Part shown: in pieces, positions 23,423 through 33,200 of the stretch
Layout of the letters: every line of letters starts with the position of its first letter
Position numbering within the stretch: the stretch's first letter is position 1
NCBI GenBank assembly: GCA_032718475.1
Contig: JAUCBJ010001177.1
Location: 1-33,817 of the forward strand
Reading direction: 5' to 3'
DNA length: 33,817 bases
Origin: Nemertoderma westbladi
Taxonomy: Eukaryota; Animalia; Xenacoelomorpha
The notes under the pieces: generated by a model
The model's database searches: none
Seen by the model: the letters and a program-made list of their open reading frames with translations, nothing else
What the model was told of the DNA's origin: nothing
Program-made: the position numbers and the translations under genes

Positions 23423-24849
23423 AGAAATGCAAGTTTGGTTATCAATGTACCGGTTCTCACGGTTCTTCAATCTCGGGTGGTAGTACCGAAGTTATCGATA
23501 AACATAAACAATGCCATCGATGGTCCGTAAGAGGAGAATGTTCCGCAAACCCCCGATATATGTGGAAGAATTGTCCCGAGAGTTGCCGAGATTATGGCGA
23601 CCCGACTTCAAAACCAACAGATGGAGTTTTTACCGATCAGGAATGTGTCGTATACGCCGAAAGAAATGAATGTGTCACTAACCGCCATTTTATGCTGAGT
23701 AAATGCCCTAAACAATGCGAAGATGTAGCTAAAAACTTGATTGATCCGTTTGCGAGAATGGCAGCATCGGAAATCGATATTTGCGAACAAAAGGCCATTG
23801 GAGGGTTTTGTTTAACTGATCGGCGAAATATGGATAAAGATTGTCCTGGCACATGCGTAGGCGATTATATTAAGGTAGACAATATTGATAAGGTGCCTGA
23901 TGTAATTCCACCAGATCAAGTTACTAACGTTGAACTAGTTGTAGGCCCGGGACCTCTTCACTGTCCCACCGGGTTCTTCATGTGTGATTGTGCCTGTTTC
24001 GATGCCAATTGCCTCGGCTCCGAAGTCAAACTCGATGAAGACACAAACACTTTAATTTGCGAAGTGAGAAGTCCTGAAGGCGTAGCCGTGCAAGCTGAAG
24101 CTGCAATTGTGTGCGCCAAGTTAATAGACATGTACGAGATATTTATACCAAGCGCTTATGCAGTCGAAGAACCCCCAGAAGAACTGGAATGTCCAGCCAA
24201 TTTCGACATGTTATCCTGTAATTCAATGGGAGTTTCTTCTATAGTAGGTGCATCGGGAAAGGGGGAGGTTGATGGCGAGCAATGTGTCTTTAACGAAGAT
24301 TTTTGCCTCGATAATTGCACTGTTTCCGGGATATGTTTCCGGTTATTCGATTCTACGCCGATTGAAGGAATGCGTAAAATCCGCTCGGCTACACCCGAAG
24401 ATAAAAGCAGGTTCTTTGTGAATGATGATCACAACGATTTAGAAGTCGATGTCTACGAAAGTCTCCAATCAGTTGGATTCGCCACCGGCCAATGTCCAGT
24501 TGAAGGTTCTTTTGTTATCGGTTGTGAGTGCATTGGCGATTGTAAAGGCATCAACCCTGTATTATCTTACAGAAAATGCGAAGCGACCGGTCTAACCGAA
24601 GAGCAACCAATCGGTGTCAGGGTGCTGTGTTCCTCTAAGGCCACTGTAGAACCAAAGTATGACGGGCATGGTGGAGAACAACGAGCTAGAGCACAATGCC
24701 CAGGGGGGACATCAATTTTATCGTGTGGCGCGATGTATTCGGACATAAATGATGTTCCAGCCGACTTCACAGGCATCGGTTCTTACATCGACGACGGGTG
24801 TGAGACTCTATGTTCCGATTTTTGTTACGCCTATGCCACTTGTGTTTAA
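23423..24849 (+). CDS. Large terminal exon of a Cys-rich, probably secreted protein: 3 ShK-like domains + 4 resistin/PCSK9-CHRD-like modules
   Basis: Acceptor tattccttttAG at 23422 (phase 1); the first 42 aa of the listed ORF read as AT-rich intron. ShK-like: DKHKQCHRWSVRGECSANPRYMWKNCPESC plus two more. Modules: CPTGFFMCDCAC..IVC, CPANFDMLSC..GIC, CPVEGSFVIGCEC..VLC, ARAQCPGGTSILSC..ATC. Ends at TAA 24849. Confidence 0.85.
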
Positions 24850-25152
24850 ACTGTGAAAATATACTTTTGAACAACAATTTGTGGCAAATAAGAAGTCACA
24901 CTATTTTAATATCACAGTGGCCCAACTCAATGACAGAACATATTTTAAGAATTACGTTAGACTTCAATCAATTCAGATTGGATATAACATGTTAAATTAC
25001 AATTTAATCAAATTAAATTGAATTGGCCTGTTGTGACGTTATTAAGTTAGTTCCCAATTTTGGTGGCGGAATAATTTATTGATGAATATTGTACCCAATC
25101 AATATGGAGGTGTATAGGTAGATAACAATATAATCCTGATTTATTGTAATTC

Positions 25153-25158
25153 AATAAA
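25153..25158 (+). promoter_or_regulatory. Candidate polyadenylation signal AATAAA for the ShK/resistin-like gene
   Basis: AATAAA lies ~300 nt after the stop and is followed by T-rich sequence. It could be chance in AT-rich DNA. Confidence 0.3.
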
Positions 25159-25390
25159 ATAATCAATTAATTGTAATTATTATATTGTATTGGTGCCATT
25201 AAAGAACTTACTATATAATTCCAATATATCATATTCATTCATTCAGTATCAGTAATACTACTACATTTTCAACGACGCATACTAAACCACACAAAACATT
25301 TACTATACACCCATGCAAGATTTAGTGAAAAAAAAAACGCGAGAATCTCCTGAACTTGTTTTGCAGTACCAGTATCTGTATACACAGAAG

Positions 25391-26729
25391 ATGAAGGTCC
25401 GAATGGCATGGAGGTCCGAATGGGGTGGAGGTCCGAATGGGATGGAGGTCCGACTGGGATGGAAGTCCGAATGGGGTGGAGGTCCGAATGTGGTAGATGT
25501 CCAAATGGGGTGGAGGTCCGAATGGGGTGGAGGTCCGAATGGGGTGGATATCCGAATGGGATGGAGGTCGGAATGGGGTGGAGGTCCGAATGGGGTGGAG
25601 GTCCGAATGGGATGGAGGTCCGAATGGGATGGAGGTCGGAATGGGATGGAGGTCCGAATGGGATGGAGGTCCGAATGGGGTGGAGGTCCGAATGGGATGG
25701 AGGTCGGAATGGGATGGAGGTCCGAATGGGATGGAGGTCCGAATGGGGTGGAGGTCCGAATGGGGTGGAGGTCCGAATGGGATGGAGGTCGGAATGGGAT
25801 GGAGGTCCGAATGGGATGGAGGTCCGAATGGGATGGAGGTCCGAATGGGATGGAGGTCCGAATGGGGTGGAGGTCCGAATGGGATGGAGGTCCGAATGGG
25901 ATGGAGGTCGGAATGGGATGGAGGTCGGAATGGGGTGGAGGTCCGAATGGGATGGAGGTCGGAATGGGATGGAGGTCGGAATGGGATGGAGGTCGGAATG
26001 GGATGGAGGTCCGAATGGGGTGGAGGTCCGAATGGGGTGGAGGTCCGAATGGGATGGAGGTCGGAATGGGATGGAGGTCCGAATGGGATGGAGGTCCGAA
26101 TGGGGTGGAGGTCCGAATGGGATGGAGATCTGAATGGGATGGAGGTCGGAATTGGGTGGAGGTCCGAATGGGATGGAGGTCCGAATGGGGTGGAGGTCCG
26201 AATGGGATGGAGGTCCGGATGGGATGGAGGTCGGAATGGGGTGGAGGTCCGAATGGGGTGGAGGTCCGAATGGGATGGAGGTCGGAATGGGATGGAGGTC
26301 GGAATGGGATGGAGGTCCGAATGGGATGGAGGTCCGAATGGGGTGGAGGTCCGAATGGGATGGAGGTCCGGATGGGATGGAGGTCGGAATGGGGTGGAGG
26401 TCCGAATGGGGTGGAGGTCCGAATGGGATGGAGGTCGGAATGGGGTGGAGGTCCGAATGGGGTGGAGGTCCGAATGGGGTGGAGGTCCGAATGGGGTGGA
26501 TATCCGAATGGGGTGGAGGTCCGAATGGGGTGGAGGTCCGAATGGGGTGGAGGTCCGAATGGGATGGAGGTCCGGATGGGATGGAGGTCGGAATGGGGTG
26601 GAGGTAGGAATGGGATGGAGGTCCGAATGGGGTGGAGGTCCGAATGGGATGGAGGTCCGAATGGGATGGAGGTCCGGATGGGATGGAGGTCGGAATGAGG
26701 TCCGAATGGGGTGGAGGTCCGAATGGGAT
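25391..26729. repeat. G-rich minisatellite, 17-bp unit GGAGGTC(C/G)GAATGGG(G/A)T, ~79 copies
   Basis: Direct reading. Two main binary variant sites. The unit has no stop in any + frame, which explains the overlapping spurious ORFs. Confidence 0.97.
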
Positions 26730-28047
26730 TGTAAAAGCCTTTGCTGAATTGCCCCGTTATTTTTATTATCTTTTACATTAAAATACTCTGTAGTTGATTT
26801 AATAGGTGTAAGAGACCGTATTATTGCTGTATCGGTGTTTTTTAGAGGATCTAAGAGCTATTTCCTCCGTATGTGTACTGTGGAAGGCATAGTTGATGAT
26901 TCTATGGCAATTCCGTGACGCAAAAGGTGATAGCTACTCTTGAACAGTAGTTACTATGACGACGGTTAACAGCTGATATTCATACGTGTCGATTTTCTTT
27001 GTTCTACGGCGTCTCTCAGTTCAGTCAGCCAATCAGAGCATTTTTATGGCTCTTGTACAGAAATTTCCTAGAAATCACGCAATGCATTATGGACAGTGTT
27101 TACATTCTGTCCTGAGCCAGGAGAGAGCGGCTTGGGAATATTTTGTGCTTTTCTGTTTTAGCCTAACACTAGTAGGCTTAATTATAAGGACATATATCCG
27201 TTATCAAACCTTAATATCTCACACTGGCCACTGGTTAACTGGCCCATACTCAATCAACGCAACATACCTAATCTAATATACCTGTGCATACTTTTATATT
27301 GTTATACTGCTATTTACTGTCGGTTCTTCATAATATGGTTGATGAATTATTATATTTGGAATAACGATGAATAACCACGAAAACCCAATATTCTTGATAT
27401 ACAGAAGGTAAGAGAGACAGGTTACATATAACGATTGTGACTTATGTTAAAGTGGTTTGAAGTGAATCTAATGTTATTTGATAGACCCTACATGAGTCGG
27501 TCTGTGTTCCTTTTATATGTGACTAAAATCAGTGAAGATCGGCAGATTAGTGTGCAGCATTGTGCAGCGTTGTGTATGAGCGAGACTGATAACGAAGCAT
27601 TTCCTAAAGAATGCGCCATATATGTGAATTGTAACTAAGCCATATCGTTGTGAGTAGTTTAAGTCATAACTCTGTTTTTATAGATAGAGCGCCACGTCCT
27701 AAAGGAACTGTTAATATTCCCCGAAGGTGAATAATATTGTCAGAGATTATATAATACTGTCAGTCGAATAATACATTAGGCTTACATAGCAATAAGATTA
27801 AGCCGTCGAACCCAATCTCCCGGGTATATCCAGCGGGTGAATGATCGCGCACCGATTGGTTTCGACTAGTGTAGTGAATCAAATACTTGTCAGAGGCTAA
27901 AAGTGATTTATTATCTAGAAGACATCCTAATTTGGCGGGTTAAACTGCCAAAGGTCTGAAAGCGCGAACAATAACGGATATAGCTTCTTTATTGCAGTAA
28001 GCAATAAAGTTGAAAGTACCGGTCAACCGGTAAACCTGAACGGTACA

Positions 28048-28164
28048 TCTGTAGGTCAGTAGGCCCAACTGCCAGAACCGGTACTGCTGTAGGCCCGTAG
28101 GTCCAACTGCCAGAACCGGTACTTCAGTAGGTCCGTAGGCCCAACTGTCCTAACCGGTACTTCC
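28048..28164. repeat. Three copies of a 38-bp tandem repeat in the retroelement leader
   Basis: GTAGG(C/T)CCAACTG..AACCGGTACT at 28059, 28097 and 28135. Confidence 0.85.
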
Positions 28165-28336
28165 CGTATAAGTACATTAGTATTATTCGATTTTGATTGT
28201 TGCATACCGGTAGGCTGTTTAAGAGATTAGGGACTGTACACCCCTTGTTTCTTTTGGAGCTTACTTATTTCTGTCAGTTTTATTTATTTGTAGGCCAGTA
28301 TTGAACAGAAGGCGTGTAAGCCTGATCATATTGTAC

Positions 28337-28909
28337 AGACAATTTGTAGGCTGGACTGTTGTCTGATTGCTGTTAAGTCTGAACGGATTGCAGTGTGTGT
28401 AGATCACCTGTCCGATAAAGAATGGTTAGGAAGTAGGGGCAGCCAAAGCTGTAAGGTAAACCCCCATCTAAAGAATAAGTCGTACTACTGGGTTAGAACG
28501 CATACTACCTAATCATTTCGGAGTCTGCATGTCCTGTAGTTTATTTAGGCTTGAGAGTAGTCTGCCATCGTTTAGTCTGTACTTTGTTTGTGTAGTCTGT
28601 ACAGGTAGCGTATAATATTTATTTAGATAATTTGTAGGCTGGATAGTTGTCTGGCTGTTATTAGGTCTGAACGGATTGCAGTGTGTGTAGAGCCTCTGTC
28701 CGATAAAGAACGGTTAGGAAGTAGGGGCAGCCAAAGCTGTAAGGTAAACCCCCATCTAAAGAATAAGTCGTACTACTGGATTAGAACGCATACTACCTAA
28801 CCATTTCGGAGTCTGCATGTCCTGTAGTTTATTTAGGCTTGATAGTAGTCTGTCAGTATTTGGTCTGCATTTTGTTTGAGTGGTTTGTACGCGTAGCGTA
28901 ATATTTATT
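28337..28909. repeat. Tandem duplication of a ~288-bp segment in the retroelement leader
   Basis: AATTTGTAGGCTGGA at 28341 and 28629, with a long near-identical core (GGTTAGGAAGTAGGGGCAGCCAAAGCTGTAAGGTAAACCCCCATCTAAAGAATAAGTCGTACTACTGG) in both copies. Confidence 0.92.
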
Positions 28910-29844
28910 ATTCAGAGTTTATGTGATTATTCGCAACATTCATTCCCCAAGTTTGTTCCTACAACAATTGTGTTTGTTATACATACCGCTATAGTTAAAT
29001 TAACCCCGGTATTACACGGGCTGCTTGGCGTAGGTAAAGACTGGTGATTTTGTGCACCGGTCACTCCAGCAGATGCCGTGGTTCTTTTAGCTGTTCAAGT
29101 ATATTTAACTACTGATTATATGTTGTACAAGTACTCGTACCTAATTTAGGGTTTAGTGTACAGTGCTTTCCGAAAGTAATTAGTGTAGGCATTATATTTG
29201 TGTTGTAAAGTGGTTGATAGGCACGTTCGATTAGCTCTATTAACTTCTAGGTAGGAACACTCCGTGATACATAACGTAGTACCTATAGCGATACGGCTAT
29301 AGGTCGTCAGGCGGTGGTATTTTCCTATCTGGACAACGCAGTGTATTTACTACTACGTATTATTTTCAAATACCGCAGTACCCTGTCTGTTGTAATAACC
29401 AGATTTCTAACCCTTTGTTAGGCTGGTTTGTAGACTTCTTGTAAAATTACCCTGAAAATTCGTATTTTGTGTTTTTTGTAAATTTTTGTGTTATTAAGAG
29501 ATTGTAATCTCACCCGAATTGTACGTAATTTGTAGTATTAAGTAACTTAGGTAAATTAGCATTATTTGTTTTAGTGTCCTATAAGTAACACTTCACTGAA
29601 AGCGCACCGCTTTGTGTAGTGATTACTCACCAGAAATAATAACATTTATTTCAAACATTGACAAACCCATTAAAACGGGTATATATATATTATAAATCAA
29701 ATCTAACGATTTATAAATAGTAGGCCTACCATACAACCATTAGGTCTCAATATCAGTTGGATTACTGCTCAAATAACGGTAATAAAGTAAGTAAAGTAAC
29801 CAAGTAACCCTAAAATTCAGAAATTCAATTATTTAAAATAATTG

Positions 29845-30092
29845 ATATACCGGTATTTACGATAGGCCTATTATCTTTATTTCTATAAATTTGGGCTGAG
29901 ATTATACCGGTACTTGTAATTAATTCTAGTCCAGAATTATATATACTACAAACTGTACGCTGTATACCGGTATTCCCGATAGGCCTATTATATATATATA
30001 TTTGTGCTAAAATTATACCGGTATTCTGTGATAAACCTAATCTGTAATAATACTTATATAGTTATATAGACTATAAGCATACCGGTATTCTA
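29845..30092. repeat. Degenerate AT-rich repeat with five TACCGGTA palindromes (~117-bp higher period)
   Basis: TATACCGGTATT..CGATAGGCCTATTAT at ~29846 and ~29963; further ATACCGGTA at ~29905, ~30014 and ~30080. Confidence 0.65.
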
Positions 30093-30221
30093 ATATAATA
30101 TATATCACGCTACACTGAGTAGCAGTATAGGTAATTGATTACTAGGCTAGCAGTTAATACTGAGTTACTAGACTTGCTCAGACTGTAATACAGCAGTAGA
30201 CATTCAACTGTGTAAACAAAC

Positions 30222-33200
30222 ATGTCTGATACTAAGCAGAACCTGTCAGACAGTTTATTAGATGTAACTATCTGCGACTCAGATAAAGGTGTAGAACCGT
30301 CTACACCTAAGTTCAGTTCACCTCCCACTGAGGTCATCCCTCCAGTAGTAATAACAGAACCTAGGCTGGTCCAACATCGTAGGTCTATCATAGGCACTCG
30401 AGCTCAGGTCAAGCGGGACCAAGAAGCAGTGGAACAGCAACAACCCGCGAGCCAAGAACTTATTTCTCAGCGGCCCGACAGCTCCAGTAGTGAAGATACT
30501 GTAGAACTGACACCCGAGCGCGGAGCAAGGATGACGGATGCGGTTTATTCGGATCCCCTTCTCATCCTTCCTGCAGCCGTACTCACTAGGCTATTGATCG
30601 CGGTGGAAGAACACCAGATCGATTGGGCGAGAAGTAAGCGCTCAACTAAAGATAGTTATGCGGGATACACAAAGGAAGAACTGAAATCTATGGTCGAGTC
30701 GCAATGGAACTTCCCCGGACCCGGACTCCCGTTTGATTTATCAGAAGCTGCCTGGGAAGACATACACCGGATGGGAGTAGCCAAGGAAACCATCGATCCA
30801 GCTGTGTGGAAGAGGTCCGCAGCCGGATACGCACAGGGATTCTTCAGCTCTATGGAGCGAGTAGAAAAACAACTGTTACAACAACCTCAAGGACCTCAAG
30901 AGCAGGGACAACTGCTTTATCAAGTTAGAGAAAGAATTCTGCGAATTAGGCTAATATTATCAGCCTTTGAAGAGGCTTCTAAAAGAAGACAAGACACGTC
31001 GTTGCAAGTTGCCGTAAAGACTTGGTTTCAACGGGTGAGTCGCCAGGTTCAAGGAACAGCTCAGTGGAAAGATCAGCTGGAGGAGCGCTCAACCCATGGA
31101 GAATCAACAGACGCTACTTTTTCCCAAGTGGAAAGTGAAGCGACAGCAGAGAAACCGCATAAGAGGGATGCCATTGACATCTATCTGTCAGACTATCAAC
31201 GTTTTGTAGGAGATGAAGAGTTGAGGAGAAGACTAGAGGGGCTTAACCCTAATAGTGAAGGAGCCCAGCTTGTGTTGGACGCAATTGATGTAGATAGGTT
31301 AGCGGCGAACCAAGCTAAATTCGATGAACAACTCCGCATCGCTAGAGACCAAGAAGAAAGGGTTAAGAAAAAACGCATAGAAGACAGAAAGAAAGCAGCA
31401 GTAGCAGCTGCAGAAGCCGAAAGGAAGGCAGCCGAAGAGGAAAGTAAGGCAGCCGAAGCGGAAAGAAAAGCGGCAGCGGCAGAGGCAGAAGCGAAAAGAA
31501 AAGCAGCCGAAATGGAAAGAAAAGCAGCCGAAATGGAAAGAAAAGTGGCAGCGGCAGAGACAGAAGCGAAAAGAAAGGCAACCGAAATGGAAAGAAAAGC
31601 GACAAAGGCAGCGGCAGAAGCGGAGCGGATAGCGGCTGAAGAGATTGCCCAATTGGAATTGGAAAATATTCAGGAGAATCAAGACTGCATAAATAAACAG
31701 TTAACAGCTAGTAATATGCAGATGATGAATCGATCTACTCCCAAAAGACAGGGATATACATCATCTGAGGAAGGCGATACCACCGACACTGAAGGCAAAG
31801 GAAATAGATCTCATCTAAGCAGACGCAAAAGAACATTCCACCGTCAGAAATTGCCTGATTTGCCTCCAGCTGTTAGAAGGCAACTAAATAACACCAACTT
31901 AGGTAGTACAGAACCCACAGACCAAATAATTACAATAGAGAGACTCCCTACTATAGTAGATGAGCCTGAAATAATTAGGCCTGTTCCCGAAGCCACCCTT
32001 TCGGTCGTAGAGACACCTGTACTCCCTGAACCTACTTCTCAATTCCCTTTGCACAGCACTAAGCTACCTGTGCCCAGCAGAACAGTCCGTGAGACAGTTC
32101 ATACCCTGGACTCCGAGCAAAATATTCATGATTTGTCGCCCGTTGTCCCTCGTCCGCCCGCTACAACGTTGGCGAATCCCGCTTCGGCGGTCGAATGGGT
32201 GGATGAGAGACGACGGGGGATGGATCTCCTGCTCGGACAGATGCAGGAGACTGTTCAACAATTCAAAGGCACAGTAAGGGAAAGTAGGCTAGAGTTGCAA
32301 GAAGTGCAGCAAAGTATCGCGCTAGAACGCGATAAATTAGTAAATACACAAAGGGGTATACCACCACCCCCTGAAACAATGTGTCAACCTGTTAGGTCTG
32401 AAGTATCTCATGCGCAAGGTGTGGAGCCTACACGCATCTATACTGCTAGCGAAGTAGAAACTCCTATAGTGAACTCTATTAAGGGTAATTATAGACCTGT
32501 TGATAATGATATTCCCTATAGACCAGATCATAATCCGAGAAATTTATATACCGATAACTCAATATTAAATAACACGATGGCCCAAGAAAGTTTTACGCGT
32601 CAAATGGCTAGAACCGAAGCCCGGCAAGCGGTAAAGGTGGGAGAGATCGTCAAGTTTAATGGAGATGAGATGAAATGGTTACCTTTTAATGAATATGACA
32701 AAGATAACATACAGAACTCTGTGCTATCTAATGGAGAGAAACTTAGATTCCTCATCGAGTGCTTGGAAGGATCTCCCAAGTTAATGGCGTTAAAGTTTAT
32801 TGGACATCCAGACGGATTAAGACAAGTTTGGGATACACTAAACATCAGGTATGGTAATAGGAATAACATAGCTGGGTATTTGTATGCAAAGTTGGTAGCG
32901 CCCCGAAAGTTTATGAGCAGCGGGATTATAGAGTTTTCCGATGAGATTCAGGAGATCTGCAGACAATTAGATTGGCTAGGTAAGTCTCATGAGTATCAGA
33001 ATGCTATGGTTATTAGAGCAGTGGCTTCTACTTTACCGAAGGGTGGAGTAGGTACACGCTGGGATAAGAAAGTGTTATATATGATGGAACAACAACGACG
33101 AGACCCTACCATGGCTGATCTCATGTCATTCCTAGATGGAGAAGTGAAATTACAGCTCCTGAAACTGTCCAGAGAGAAGACACCGGAAAACAAGGTAAGT

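Noticed and set aside
25313-26747. Overlapping 461/416/241/157-aa Gly/Trp-rich ORFs
   Set aside because: Artefact of a stop-free 17-bp unit; the same peptide cycle appears in every frame.
28337-28909. The 288-bp pair as the two LTRs of a TRIM or solo element
   Set aside because: The copies are directly adjacent with no internal PBS/PPT region and no clear TG...CA termini.
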